Shown: positions 27,978 to 38,376, counted from the stretch's first letter. The stretch is DNA of 64,000 nucleotides from Dehalococcoidia bacterium (GCA_965232845.1 OZ247428.1:1565543-1629542); one strand, 5' to 3'. The notes: generated by a model from the letters alone, not told the origin. Translations and numbers: made by a program.

Positions 27978-29822
27978 ATGCGTTGGACAACTCTAATGAT
28001 TCTGGCGACGCTGGGACTTTTCCTGGTGGGCTGCTTTCCTGGTGACTCCGAAGAGCCATCTGTAACGCCAACTGAAGCCCCTGCCCCAGTCGCCAGCGAC
28101 ACCACTACGAGCACTGAACCTGAAGCATCGATGAATGCTGAACCGGCGCAGGAAATGACCCAACCCACCGCGACGCCGCAAAGCGTACCCGGAGCCCCCA
28201 ATCCGGAACCTGTACCAACGGCGCCGGTAATCCAAGCCCCCAGCGGCGGTGAAAATCAGGTCTTCAACGTCGGAGGGACACGACCGGCCAACAGCGGTAA
28301 CGGCATGGCGACGGACGGCGGAAAATTGACTCTGCTGTTTGCGGACCCACCAACCTTCGACCCTCATCTGGCCGAGGACAACATCTCTGGCTTGCTGGTC
28401 AATGAGATTTTTGGCGGGTTGGTGAATATAGAACCCTTTAACTTTGCTGTGGCGCCCGACCTGGCGGAGAGTTGGGAAATCAGCGAAGATGGCACCACTT
28501 ATACTTTCCGTATCCATCCCAATGCCAAGTTCCACGATGGGTCACCGGTTACCTCCCAGGACGTTAAGTGGTCAATAGACCGCGTTACCGACCCGGAACT
28601 TGCTTCGCCAGTTGCGCACCAGTACCTTGACGACATTGTCGGTGTCGAAGCAAGGCTGGACGGGGCCTCCCCCGAGGTTTCCGGCGTCCAGGTAGTGGAC
28701 GAGAATACCGTGAGGTTCACCATTGACGCCGCTAAAGCCTATTTCCTGGCCAAGCTTACCTACCCCAGCGGTTTTGTCCTGGACGCCGACAACGTGGCGT
28801 TGGGCGACAGCTGGTTCGAAACTCCCAATGGGACCGGCCCCTTCCGGTTGGATGAGTATCAGATAGGCGAAATTATCCGGCTGGGCCGGAATGAGTATTA
28901 TCACCTGGGGCCACCCCACATTGATGAAGTTGAGATGATTCTCAGCGGCGGCTCCAGCATGATCCTGTTCGAAAACGACGAAATCGACATTACGGGCGTA
29001 GGTTTGGCCGACCTGGAAAGGATACTAGACCCCACCAGCCCTCTTAATCCGCTGGTCCACCCGTATCCGGCCAGATTCACAACCAGTTACATTGGCCTCA
29101 ATGTCGACCAGGCTCCATTGGAAGATCCCAAGTTCCGAAAGGCACTGAACCTGGCCTTTGACCGGGACCAGATCGCTTCCGTGGTATACGAGGGCGCTGT
29201 ACGGCCGGCCAAGACCATCATTCCGCCGCGGTTCCCCTCGTTTAACCCCAACCTTGACCCGTACCCCTATGATCCCGAAGAAGCGCGCCGCCTGCTGGCC
29301 GAGTCCACTTACGGTGCCGATCCGGACAGTATTCCCCGCCTGATTCTAAGCATTTCAGGTAGCCTGGGAGCGGCAGTTCCCCTGGGTCTGGAAGTAATCC
29401 TGCAAGCTTGGGAACAGGAATTGGGGCTGCAGGTAGAGATTCAGCAGACGGAATGGGCCACATTCCTGCAGGACGTAAACGACGAGCGATACCAGATGTT
29501 CTCTCTGGCTTGGGGCGCTGACTACCCCGATCCGGAGAACTTCCTGGACCTGTTGTTCCATAGCGAAAGCGAAGGGAACCGGACCAACTACTCTAACCCT
29601 GAGGTTGACGCCATACTGGAAGAGGCACGGGTTGAACAGGACCCTGCCCGACGTTTCGAGCTGTACAACCAGGTGGAGGAAATGATCCTCGATGATGCCC
29701 CCTGGGTGTTACTTTGGAACGACGAGGACTGGTATTTCCTGATCAAGCCCCACGTCAATGACTACTTCCTGCTCCCGATGACTATTCCCAAGTTCCGTTA
29801 CATACACTTTACCCAACAGTAA
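27978..29822 (+). CDS. ABC transporter substrate-binding lipoprotein, family 5 (peptide/nickel, DppA/OppA-like)
   Basis: ORF track 27954..29822; ATG 27978 with a GGAAGG Shine-Dalgarno is preferred. Signal peptide MRWTTLMILATLGLFLVGC (lipobox). Body motifs LAESWEISEDGTTYTFRIHPNAKFHDGSPVTSQDV are typical of SBP_bac_5. Confidence 0.88.
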   Translation: MRWTTLMILATLGLFLVGCFPGDSEEPSVTPTEAPAPVASDTTTSTEPEASMNAEPAQEMTQPTATPQSVPGAPNPEPVPTAPVIQAPSGGENQVFNVGGTRPANSGNGMATDGGKLTLLFADPPTFDPHLAEDNISGLLVNEIFGGLVNIEPFNFAVAPDLAESWEISEDGTTYTFRIHPNAKFHDGSPVTSQDVKWSIDRVTDPELASPVAHQYLDDIVGVEARLDGASPEVSGVQVVDENTVRFTIDAAKAYFLAKLTYPSGFVLDADNVALGDSWFETPNGTGPFRLDEYQIGEIIRLGRNEYYHLGPPHIDEVEMILSGGSSMILFENDEIDITGVGLADLERILDPTSPLNPLVHPYPARFTTSYIGLNVDQAPLEDPKFRKALNLAFDRDQIASVVYEGAVRPAKTIIPPRFPSFNPNLDPYPYDPEEARRLLAESTYGADPDSIPRLILSISGSLGAAVPLGLEVILQAWEQELGLQVEIQQTEWATFLQDVNDERYQMFSLAWGADYPDPENFLDLLFHSESEGNRTNYSNPEVDAILEEARVEQDPARRFELYNQVEEMILDDAPWVLLWNDEDWYFLIKPHVNDYFLLPMTIPKFRYIHFTQQ

Positions 29823-29843
29823 GCGGGTAACGAGGAGATACCT

Positions 29844-30791
29844 GTGGCGACTTATATTGCCCGCCGGTTGCTCTGGGTGCCGGTTCTTCTGGTACTGGTA
29901 ACCTTCATCACCTTCGCCCTGGGCCGCTTTGGCCCAGGGGATCCGGTGGAGATATTGCTGGGCCAGAACTTCCGACAAGAAGCCTACGAGAGGATCCGGC
30001 AGCAACAGGGCCTCGACGACCCTATACCGGTCCAATATGCCAGGTACGTGGGAAATGCCCTGCGCGGCGACTTCGGCGAAAGCTACCAGTACCGGGGGCG
30101 CAGCGTTACCGATCTCCTGAAAAACAAAGTCTGGATATCTGCCCAGCTTAACTTCGCTGCCCTGCTGATTTCGGTGAGCCTGGGCATTTCTCTCGGGCTC
30201 TTTGCCGCGCTGCGCCAGGGCAGCTGGTGGGATAGCGCCACGGTGGCGTTCACCCTGGTGGGGCAGTCCATGCACGTCTTCCTGACCATACCCCTGGCCC
30301 TCCTGCTCTTTTCACTTAAACTGGGAATTTTGCCGTCCCATGGATGGGACGGATTTTTCTCCACGAGTATCATCATGCCCGCGCTTGTGCTCGGTATTCC
30401 TGGCGTGGCCATAGTCACACGGTTAACCAGGGCCAGCACCCTGGACGTGATCGGGCAGGACTACGTCCGAACGGCCCGTGCCAAGGGCATGCCCGAGCGA
30501 TTGGTGCGAGTTCGCCATATCTTGCGCAACTCCCTGGTCCCGGTGGTTACCACCCTGGGCTTCTCCCTGGCAGGGCTGGCCAGCGGTTCGTTCATCGTGG
30601 AGCTTTATTTCGGCATCCCCGGTGTGGGACTGTTGACTATCGAGTCGCTGTTCTCGCGGGACTACCCGATAATCATGGCGGTAACTTTGCTGGGCACCAC
30701 CCTTTTCGTATTAGCCAACCTGATAGTTGACCTGATATACCCAATCCTGGACCCGAGAATTCGACTGGGAGGTGACTACGTTGCGGGATGA
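29844..30791 (+). CDS. ABC transporter permease (DppB/OppB-like)
   Basis: 315 aa. Begins MATYIARRLLWVPVLLVLVTFITFAL and has the EAA loop YVRTARAKGMPERLVRVRHILRNS. Confidence 0.9.
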   Translation: MATYIARRLLWVPVLLVLVTFITFALGRFGPGDPVEILLGQNFRQEAYERIRQQQGLDDPIPVQYARYVGNALRGDFGESYQYRGRSVTDLLKNKVWISAQLNFAALLISVSLGISLGLFAALRQGSWWDSATVAFTLVGQSMHVFLTIPLALLLFSLKLGILPSHGWDGFFSTSIIMPALVLGIPGVAIVTRLTRASTLDVIGQDYVRTARAKGMPERLVRVRHILRNSLVPVVTTLGFSLAGLASGSFIVELYFGIPGVGLLTIESLFSRDYPIIMAVTLLGTTLFVLANLIVDLIYPILDPRIRLGGDYVAG

Positions 30792-31749
30792 AGCCCAGCG
30801 CCTCCAGATTCGCGATGCCGAACAGAGGTCACACGGGTATTTCTATCTGTCCTTGCGCCGGCTTACCCGCAAGAAGTTGGCAATGACCTGCCTGGTGATC
30901 ATAGTCATCATGTATGGATCAGGCGTATTTGCTCCCCTGGTGGCCCCCCACGGCTACAACGAACAAGACCTTTCCTCGGTCAAGGAGCGGCCAAGCCTGT
31001 TCCATCCCCTGGGAACCGACCGGCTGGGCAGGGACTTGTTGAGCCGGGTCATGTATTCCCTGCGTACTACGGTCATCATCACCGTCACGTCCCTGGTTAC
31101 CGGCGCGCTGCTTCTGGGCGTAACCCTGGGTCTGATAGCGGGTTATTTTGGTCGGCTTGCCGACGGAATTATCATGCGGGTCGGCGAGGTGACATCATCG
31201 TTTCCTGACATTTTTCTTGTTTTGATAATCGTCGCCACGGTGAAGCCCAGAGTTTTGCAATGGGTCAGAGGATTCGAGGATGCCTCGGGGATTGATTGGA
31301 TTATCCGACTGGGGATAGTGGACTACCTGGTAATTTCCCTCGCGCTGGCAGCATTTTCTTGGTTCGGCATGGCCCGCCTGGTACGGGGACAGGTCCTTCA
31401 GGCCAGGGAAAACCAGTACGTAGAAGCCGCCCGGGCAATGGGCTCCTCGACGAAAAGAATACTGGGAAAGCATCTGCTACCCAATGTTATTAGCCCGGTG
31501 ATAGTCTCCGTGTCGGCCGGTTTGGGCGCCGTGGCCGGTGCTGAAGTGGTATTGAGCTGGCTGGGAATCGGCATACAGCCGCCCACCCCCAGCCTGGGCG
31601 TAATGATCTTCGAGAACGGCAACATCTCCGTCCTGCGCAGCGACCCTCACCTGACCCTGGTGCCCTCCAGCGTACTGGTGCTGCTCCTCTTCACCTTCAG
31701 CCTGTTGGGAGATGGCCTTAACGACGCCTTCAATCCCAGGGCCCGTTGA
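30772..31749 (+). CDS. ABC transporter permease (DppC/OppC-like)
   Basis: 325 aa with HPLGTDRLGRDLLSRVMY and the EAA loop YVEAARAMGSSTKRILGKHLLPN. The start may be TTG 30781. Confidence 0.9.
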   Translation: MTTLRDEAQRLQIRDAEQRSHGYFYLSLRRLTRKKLAMTCLVIIVIMYGSGVFAPLVAPHGYNEQDLSSVKERPSLFHPLGTDRLGRDLLSRVMYSLRTTVIITVTSLVTGALLLGVTLGLIAGYFGRLADGIIMRVGEVTSSFPDIFLVLIIVATVKPRVLQWVRGFEDASGIDWIIRLGIVDYLVISLALAAFSWFGMARLVRGQVLQARENQYVEAARAMGSSTKRILGKHLLPNVISPVIVSVSAGLGAVAGAEVVLSWLGIGIQPPTPSLGVMIFENGNISVLRSDPHLTLVPSSVLVLLLFTFSLLGDGLNDAFNPRAR

Positions 31750-31820
31750 CGATGCGGTCCCGCTGCCAGGCACCAGCAATGCGCCGGCAAATATAAGTCC
31801 ATCCTTGGCCAGAGTCCAAA

Positions 31821-31868
31821 GCGAACGTCGAACAGGGGAATCGGCTGATTCCCCTGTTCGACGTTTGC
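31821..31868. terminator. bidirectional terminator hairpin between convergent genes
   Basis: 19-bp perfect stem AACGTCGAACAGGGGAATC-ggct-GATTCCCCTGTTCGACGTT (31824-31865), extendable by 3 more pairs. Confidence 0.7.
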
Positions 31869-32008
31869 GACTGCAACAAGGAGTTAAATTGCCCTAACCT
31901 GGAGGGCGATTGGGGCTACAGGAAGACTGGACATCGGGCCGCGCAGAGTTGCTCGTACCAGCCTTTGCCACATGCTCCCAGCCATTGGCGACGCCGCCAA
32001 ATGCCGCT

Positions 32009-33544
32009 CTAAGCTGTGGTGCGAGACCGCCTGAATAGGACCACACCCATAACTGCACCCAGCAGGAGCAGCAGGAATACGAGGATGACAACGCCGGTCT
32101 GCAGACCGGTGGGACTAAACCCGCCAGGCGTGGCATCCGGAGTAGTGTTGTCCGGTGGTTCCACCACCGGTGCCGGACTTGCGGGCTCTGCCGAAGGCTG
32201 TTCGACCACGGCGGCTACGGGTGCCGGGGTGGATGTTGGTCGACTGGTACTGTCGGGCGCTGGTTGCGGCGGTTCCGGTTGATCGGGTGCCGGCACTGGA
32301 ACTACCGCTGCCGCAGGCGCTGGCTCTCTCGGAGCAAAAGTTGGCGACTGAATTGGAGCAATATTGAAATCAGGAATATTCTGGAGCAGGGGGTTCTTCG
32401 AGGGTTCTTCCGGCCTTGGCAGCGGATCGACCCCAATCGCCTCCCGCCAGGCCGAGTCGAGGCCATGCTGGTCAAATCCGTATACCTGCGTAAGGGCCTT
32501 GTCGATATCAAAGGTCCTGGTTAGTGCCGTCATCAACTCGGCCATTTCTTCTTCGCCGTACTCCTGCACCATGAAGGTCACCACCGACTCCCCGTGGGCG
32601 TAGGCATAAATTATGTCGTCTGGCGTTCCACTGTAGCTGCCGAGGTGCCAGAGAGGGCGTAAGTTGCCTGAATCCCTGGCACGGTCTATAGCCCGGTTGA
32701 CTATGGGGCGGTCCCCGTCGTGTCGTGAACCGTATTCGGCCAGGCCTTCGTTGAGCCAGGCTGGGGCCTGGCTATAGGCTCGCCCCAGGGCGTCTCCAAC
32801 CAGAAGATGAACGAATTCGTGGGCGGTAGTGCCGGTAACCGACCGGTCACCGGAGTGCACCATTAGTACCCGCTCTTCGTCAAAAGCCATGCCCTGGGTA
32901 ATCAACTGTTGGCTGGTCGCCTGGGACCGGAAAGGGAGCGCGCCGAACATGTCCTGGTAGTTGTGGTAGGTTACGATGTGCAGCGGCAATTCCGGGTTGA
33001 CGCCTAATAACGGGCCTGTGATTCTCATGGAAGCCATCGCCGTTTCCAAAACGTGCTCGGCACGGCTCTTGACCAAGGGATTGTTGTAATAGACAGTGAT
33101 AATCCCCTCGGAAACAGTGAACCACTCAAACCGGGTGTCCAGATATACGAAGACCTCGTCTTCAGTCCGCAGAGTACGCCCGGCCTTGTCGGTAACTTCG
33201 AAGTAGTAAGCCAGGCGGGTGCCGGGTGGGACATAGTTGTTACCACTGGTCAGCAATTCCGCTTCTCCACTGACACTGGTACCCGGTTCAAACTCCACCT
33301 GCCGGTAGGCGCTGCGAGTGGTCTGCCCGATGGTCTTCATCACGACCCTGACTTCTTCTATTTCGTCGGGCCCGGCCACTTCAACGTAGAACTTCACGTC
33401 ATCAGGAAAATTGGTTTCGACACTGTGATTCGTAACCTGAATTTCTGTTTCCTGGGCCTGGGTTGCCTCTGGCCAGCCCAGGGTCAGCAATAGTGCAGTT
33501 CCGCTGAGAAGTGCAAGTGTTACAAGGGTAAAGAGCATTCGCAT
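32009..33544 (-). CDS. secreted/anchored zinc metallopeptidase, peptidase-MA-like
   Basis: 511 aa. Has an N-terminal signal peptide, the HEFVHLL HExxH motif with downstream WLNEGLAEY (gluzincin third ligand), a Pro-rich linker and a C-terminal TM helix. Confidence 0.75.
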   Translation of the reverse strand: MRMLFTLVTLALLSGTALLLTLGWPEATQAQETEIQVTNHSVETNFPDDVKFYVEVAGPDEIEEVRVVMKTIGQTTRSAYRQVEFEPGTSVSGEAELLTSGNNYVPPGTRLAYYFEVTDKAGRTLRTEDEVFVYLDTRFEWFTVSEGIITVYYNNPLVKSRAEHVLETAMASMRITGPLLGVNPELPLHIVTYHNYQDMFGALPFRSQATSQQLITQGMAFDEERVLMVHSGDRSVTGTTAHEFVHLLVGDALGRAYSQAPAWLNEGLAEYGSRHDGDRPIVNRAIDRARDSGNLRPLWHLGSYSGTPDDIIYAYAHGESVVTFMVQEYGEEEMAELMTALTRTFDIDKALTQVYGFDQHGLDSAWREAIGVDPLPRPEEPSKNPLLQNIPDFNIAPIQSPTFAPREPAPAAAVVPVPAPDQPEPPQPAPDSTSRPTSTPAPVAAVVEQPSAEPASPAPVVEPPDNTTPDATPGGFSPTGLQTGVVILVFLLLLLGAVMGVVLFRRSRTTA

Positions 33545-33755
33545 CGTTGATTCCTTTACACGGCTAACCCTCTGGGAAGGGGATCAGCAGTTTGGCAGAA
33601 AAATTGTCAAGAATGTAACTGAAACACCATGGCATTATAGAGCTAAGTCTAATCTATAAACAGATAGTGGGTCGCACTTTCTTTTACGCCGGAAAGGCCA
33701 TACCGGACTTGAACCTCTGGCGGCGGCCAAATGAATGCCTTGGATGGCAATGCTG

Positions 33756-33785
33756 TTGGTAAACCCTCTTTTGACCCCCTATAAT
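33756..33785 (+). promoter_or_regulatory. promoter candidate (TTGGTA, 18 nt spacer, TATAAT) ending 6 nt before the gcvT ATG; possible leaderless transcript
   Basis: TATAAT is at 33780-33785 and the ATG at 33792. No convincing Shine-Dalgarno lies between them. Confidence 0.3.
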
Positions 33786-33791
33786 TAAGGC

Positions 33792-34886
33792 ATGAACCTG
33801 CAAACAACTCTCTACCAAGCTCATCTCGATCTGGGCGCCCGCATGGTGCCGTTCGGCGGCTGGGACATGCCAGTGCAGTACGCCGGCATAATCAACGAGG
33901 TCAAGGCGGTGCGTACCGCTGCCGGAATCTTTGACGTCTCCCACATGGGTCGTTTATACATTTCGGGCCCGCAGTCGGGCTCTTTTCTGGACCGCATGCT
34001 CACCGGCTCCGCTACCAACCTTCGGGTGGGGCGTGCCCGCTACTGCCTCATCTGCAATGAGGAGGGTGGCGTAATCGATGACACCATCTTCTACCGGCTC
34101 TCCGAAGACAGCTATTTGTTGATACCAAATGCCGGCAACCGGCCCGCGGTCGTGGACTGGTTTAATGCAAGGATCGAATCCGAATTTGCCGGCGGCGTAG
34201 AAATGGAAGACCGCACCGCCGACTCCGGTCTCATCGCGCTGCAGGGACCCAATGCAGCCACCCTCCTGGATGCCATCTGCCAACTTGAGGATAATGCCCC
34301 GCCTTCCTCTTTGAGGTTCTTTACCTGGGGAGAAGGAAGTTTAGGAAACAGCAAAGTATTCGTGGGCCGCACGGGATACACCGGCGAAGACGGCTTCGAG
34401 CTTTCGATGTTAAGCGAGGACGCAGCTCCAGTGTGGAATGCTTTGATGGCAGCAGGGGCTCTTCCTTGCGGCCTGGGAGCAAGAGACGTGCTGCGCCTGG
34501 AGGCCGGCCTGCCCTTACACGGCCACGAAATTGACCCGGAAACCTCGCCCATTGAGGCGGGTTTGGACCGTTTCGTTCGACGCGAAGGCAATTACATTGG
34601 TCAGCCAGTCTTGGCCGCACAGCGTGAGAGGGGAACAGAAAGGAAGCTGGTAGGCCTCACCCTGCCCGGCCGGAGCGCGCCCCGCGCCGACTACAATATC
34701 CTTTCCGGTGGGCAGGAAGTTGGCCGGATTACCAGTGGCAGCTTTTCGCCAACTCTTGACACCAGCATTGCCATGGGCTACGTTTTGGCGGGCCATTCCG
34801 AACCCGGAACTTCGCTGGAAGTGGATATCAGGGGAAGGATCGCCGCCGCTGAAGTGGTAACGCTACCCTTCTACAATCGAAGTTAA
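33792..34886 (+). CDS. gcvT: glycine cleavage system aminomethyltransferase GcvT
   Basis: 364 aa with LYQAHLDLGARMVPFGGWDMPVQY...FDVSHMG... Confidence 0.95.
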   Translation: MNLQTTLYQAHLDLGARMVPFGGWDMPVQYAGIINEVKAVRTAAGIFDVSHMGRLYISGPQSGSFLDRMLTGSATNLRVGRARYCLICNEEGGVIDDTIFYRLSEDSYLLIPNAGNRPAVVDWFNARIESEFAGGVEMEDRTADSGLIALQGPNAATLLDAICQLEDNAPPSSLRFFTWGEGSLGNSKVFVGRTGYTGEDGFELSMLSEDAAPVWNALMAAGALPCGLGARDVLRLEAGLPLHGHEIDPETSPIEAGLDRFVRREGNYIGQPVLAAQRERGTERKLVGLTLPGRSAPRADYNILSGGQEVGRITSGSFSPTLDTSIAMGYVLAGHSEPGTSLEVDIRGRIAAAEVVTLPFYNRS

Positions 34887-34917
34887 TACATACCAAAGAC
34901 CAGGAGGTCCGGACAGA

Positions 34918-35307
34918 ATGAGTCCCGACGACCGCAAATATACCCGAGAGCATGAGTGGGCCAAGCTGGAAGACGCCGAAACCAAGCTGGTGGCCGTAGG
35001 CATCACACACTTTGCTCAAGATGAACTGGGTGACATAGTCTATTTTGATCTTCCCCAATCCGGAGCCACCGTTTCCTATATGGAAAAGATGGGAGAGGTT
35101 GAATCGGTTAAGGCTGTTTCAGATCTGTTCTCTCCGGTTACCGGCAAAATTGAAGCTATCAACGACGGGCTTATCGACCACCCCGAACTGGTCAACGACG
35201 ACCCTTTCGAATCCGGCTGGATTATGCGTGTGGCACTGGAAAACCTCAGCGAGTTGGATAGCTTGATGACCGCCGCCGAATATGACGAGTACATTGGCGC
35301 TAACTAA
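34918..35307 (+). CDS. gcvH: glycine cleavage system protein H
   Basis: 129 aa with YTREHEWA... and the lipoyl-lysine motif VESVKAVSDLFSP. Confidence 0.95.
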   Translation: MSPDDRKYTREHEWAKLEDAETKLVAVGITHFAQDELGDIVYFDLPQSGATVSYMEKMGEVESVKAVSDLFSPVTGKIEAINDGLIDHPELVNDDPFESGWIMRVALENLSELDSLMTAAEYDEYIGAN

Positions 35308-35451
35308 GCAGTAAAGGTTAGGCCGGTGCAGGGTGGCGGTGCGGACAAGCCTCAGCACGAATTTGAAAACAGGTTCAGGTCGGGGAATAGCGACAAATTC
35401 ATCGCTCACCGAATTTCTCAACCCATCAATAATTATTCAGGAGTTGCGCCC

Positions 35452-36804
35452 TTGACCACCGCCCACTTTCAGTCGCATTACATCCCGAACACCGAGCAGG
35501 AACAGGCCGAGATGCTGGCTACGCTCGGCCTAACCTCTATAGATGAACTCTTCCACGACATCCCTGACGAGTTTCGCAACCCTCCCCTGAACCTTCCCGC
35601 CCCGTTGTCGGAACTGGAAATCCAGAAGGAACTGGGAGAATTGGCCGCAAGGAACAGGGCCCTGGGAAGCGGACCGTCCTTCCTGGGAGCGGGTTCCTAC
35701 CATCACTTCATTCCCGCCATCGTAAAGGCCCTGATGACGCGCGGAGAGTTTCTTACCGCTTACACCCCCTACCAGCCCGAAGTAAGCCAGGGCACTCTGC
35801 AGGTAATCTACGAATTCCAGACCTTGATCAGCAACCTCTACGGGATGGAGGTAGCCAACGCCGGTATGTACGACGGGGCAACCAGCCTGGCCGAGGGTGT
35901 GCTGATGGCTTGCCGTGTCACTCGACGAAGCCGCGTGGCCGTCCTGGACACCGTCTCCCCCAACTACCTTCAGGTGATCCGCACCTATTGCCAGGCCCAG
36001 GGCATTAGCCTCGAAGTGGTTCGACATTGGGAGCCGGAAGTTGGCGACGACACGGCCTGCCTTGTGGTTCAGTACCCCAATTTTTACGGCGCGGTGGAAG
36101 ACCTGAAGGAATTCGCCGAAATGGCCCATGGGCACGGGGCTTTGCTGGTGGTTTCGGCAGACCCCATGATTTGCGGAATGTTCAATCCGCCGGGCCACTA
36201 TAGCGCCGATATCGTTACCGGAGAGGGACAACCCCTTGGCATTCCGGTCAGTTACGGGGGGCCCTACCTGGGTCTCTTCACCTGCAAGGAGCAGTACATC
36301 AGGCAGATGCCCAGCCGATTGGTCGGCCGCACTTTGGACAGCCAGGGGCGCAACGGTTTTGTGCTGACTCTCCAGACCAGGGAACAGCACATCCGGCGTG
36401 AACGGGCTACCAGCAACATCTGCACCAACGAGGCTCTCTACGCCCTGGCTGCCACCATTTACCTGGCCGCCGTGGGAAAACAGGGGCTTCGACAGATGTC
36501 CGAGTTGTGCTACCACAAGGCCCACTATGCCGCTTCCCGGATCGAGGAACTGTCCGGGTACTCCCTGCCTTTCAAACGTGGGCCCTTCTTCCAGGAATTC
36601 GTAGCCCAGTGTCCCGCGCCACCCCAGGAGATTAACCGGAAGCTGTTGGAGCGGAATATCCTCGGTGGACTGGACATCAGCGTCCCGCCCTACAGCGACC
36701 CAATGCCTCCGGACGTTGACAAGGGGCTATTGGTCTGCGTAACCGAAATGAACAGCAAGGATGAAATAGACGCTCTGGTAGCAGGGCTGGCGGAGTTTAG
36801 CTAA
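35452..36804 (+). CDS. gcvPA: glycine dehydrogenase (aminomethyl-transferring) subunit 1, GcvPA
   Basis: ORF track 35326..36804. TTG 35452 (AGGAG 8 nt upstream) gives a typical ~450 aa protein beginning LTTAHFQSHYIPNTEQEQAEML. Confidence 0.92.
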   Translation: MTTAHFQSHYIPNTEQEQAEMLATLGLTSIDELFHDIPDEFRNPPLNLPAPLSELEIQKELGELAARNRALGSGPSFLGAGSYHHFIPAIVKALMTRGEFLTAYTPYQPEVSQGTLQVIYEFQTLISNLYGMEVANAGMYDGATSLAEGVLMACRVTRRSRVAVLDTVSPNYLQVIRTYCQAQGISLEVVRHWEPEVGDDTACLVVQYPNFYGAVEDLKEFAEMAHGHGALLVVSADPMICGMFNPPGHYSADIVTGEGQPLGIPVSYGGPYLGLFTCKEQYIRQMPSRLVGRTLDSQGRNGFVLTLQTREQHIRRERATSNICTNEALYALAATIYLAAVGKQGLRQMSELCYHKAHYAASRIEELSGYSLPFKRGPFFQEFVAQCPAPPQEINRKLLERNILGGLDISVPPYSDPMPPDVDKGLLVCVTEMNSKDEIDALVAGLAEFS

Positions 36805-38264
36805 TGCACAATGGTGGATCTCGCGATACTTCACAGTTGCTAATGGAACGCAGCATGTCCGGCCGGGTTGGTGTGGTAACGCCCGCCCTGGACGTGCCAG
36901 CACAACCGTTGCCCGATGCATCGATGCTGCGTGAAGACCTGGCCCTGCCCGAAGTATCTGAACCGGGAGTAGTCCAATACTTTACTGCCCTCAGCCAATT
37001 GAATTTCTCAATTGACACCCAGTTCTATCCCTTGGGCAGTTGCACCATGAAGTACAACCCGAAAATCAATGACGAAGTGGCTTTCCTTCCCGGCTTTGCA
37101 TCCATCCATCCCATGCAGCCGGTGGATCAGAGCCAGGGCGCCTTGGACCTGCTGTATCGGCTTCAGGGGTTCCTCGGCGAGATCACCGGCATGTCCGGTG
37201 TCAGCCTGGCTACTCTGGCCGGCGCCCATGGCGAGTTGGCCGGCGTCTTGATGATGCGCGCCTACCACCACGCCCAGGGCGATATGGGCCGCACCAAGAT
37301 GGCCATCCCGGACAGCGCTCACGGTACTAATCCCGCTTCCGCGGCCATGGCCGGGTTCGATGTTGTCACCCTGGCCTCGGACCAGGACGGGAACGTGGAC
37401 CTGGAGGCGCTGCACGAACTGGTCGGGCCCGACCTGGCCGGGGTAATGATCACGCTGCCCAGCACCCTTGGCCTCTTCGACCAGAATATCGTAGAAGTCT
37501 GTCGCATAGTTCACGAGGCGGGTGGACTGGTTTACGGCGACGGGGCGAACATGAATGCTCTGGTGGGCCGGACCAAGCTCGGAGAACTGGGCTTCGACGT
37601 TATCCACCTGAATTTGCACAAGACCTTCAGCACCCCCCACGGCGGCGGCGGTCCAGGGGCTGGACCGGTATGCTGCGTCCCTGCCCTGGAGCCCTATCTG
37701 GCCGCGCCGGTGGTCGCCAACGGCAGCGGGGAGTTCTCCCTGACCACTCCGGAGCAGAGCATCGGCAAGATCAGCGGATTTCACGGTAACTTCGGAGTTC
37801 TAGTACGGGCCTACACCTATATCCGCACTCTGGGGGACGCCGGCATCAAGTCAATCAGCGGCAACGCCGTATTGAACGCCAACTACCTGCTGCAGGCCCT
37901 GCGCGACATTTACTATCTGCCCTATGACCGTACCTGCATGCACGAGGTAGTCTTCTCCGCCGACTGGCAGCGGACGAGGGGAGTTAGTGGACTGGACGTT
38001 GCCAAACGGCTGCTGGACTATGGCTTTCATGCCCCCACCATGTACTTCCCGCTTATCGTCCACGAGGCCCTGATGATCGAACCCACCGAGTCGGAGAACC
38101 GGGACACTCTGGATGCATTCATCCAGGCCCTGCGAGACATTAATCGGGAATCCGAAGAGGACCCGGACATGGTCCACCACGCACCGCACACAACCCCAGT
38201 GTCTCGGCTCGACGAGGCGGGAGCGGCGCGGCATCCGAACCTGCGGTGGCGGCCGTCTGACTGA
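36804..38264 (+). CDS. gcvPB: glycine dehydrogenase subunit 2, GcvPB
   Basis: 486 aa with the PLP-lysine region NLHKTFSTPHGGGGPG. TAATG overlap with gcvPA. Confidence 0.95.
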   Translation: MHNGGSRDTSQLLMERSMSGRVGVVTPALDVPAQPLPDASMLREDLALPEVSEPGVVQYFTALSQLNFSIDTQFYPLGSCTMKYNPKINDEVAFLPGFASIHPMQPVDQSQGALDLLYRLQGFLGEITGMSGVSLATLAGAHGELAGVLMMRAYHHAQGDMGRTKMAIPDSAHGTNPASAAMAGFDVVTLASDQDGNVDLEALHELVGPDLAGVMITLPSTLGLFDQNIVEVCRIVHEAGGLVYGDGANMNALVGRTKLGELGFDVIHLNLHKTFSTPHGGGGPGAGPVCCVPALEPYLAAPVVANGSGEFSLTTPEQSIGKISGFHGNFGVLVRAYTYIRTLGDAGIKSISGNAVLNANYLLQALRDIYYLPYDRTCMHEVVFSADWQRTRGVSGLDVAKRLLDYGFHAPTMYFPLIVHEALMIEPTESENRDTLDAFIQALRDINRESEEDPDMVHHAPHTTPVSRLDEAGAARHPNLRWRPSD

Positions 38265-38338
38265 TTTCCCTGGCAAAGAAGAGTAAGGGCCTGGCAAATG
38301 CGCTAACAGCAGGAGCAAGGCCCAACATTGGATAACAT

Positions 38339-38376
38339 GGAACGCAGGTTCTCTCGGGCCTGCGTTCCGGTCTTTT
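38339..38376 (+). terminator. rho-independent terminator of the gcv operon
   Basis: GGAACGCAGG-ttctctcggg-CCTGCGTTCC, then ggTCTTTT. Confidence 0.65.

Noticed and set aside
33545-33791. A possible glycine riboswitch upstream of gcvT (fragments such as CTCTGG, ACCGG and GGCAA).
   Set aside because: I could not assemble the conserved GGAGAG...CACCGAAGGGGCAA cores or paired aptamer architecture by eye. This needs a covariance-model scan before any claim.
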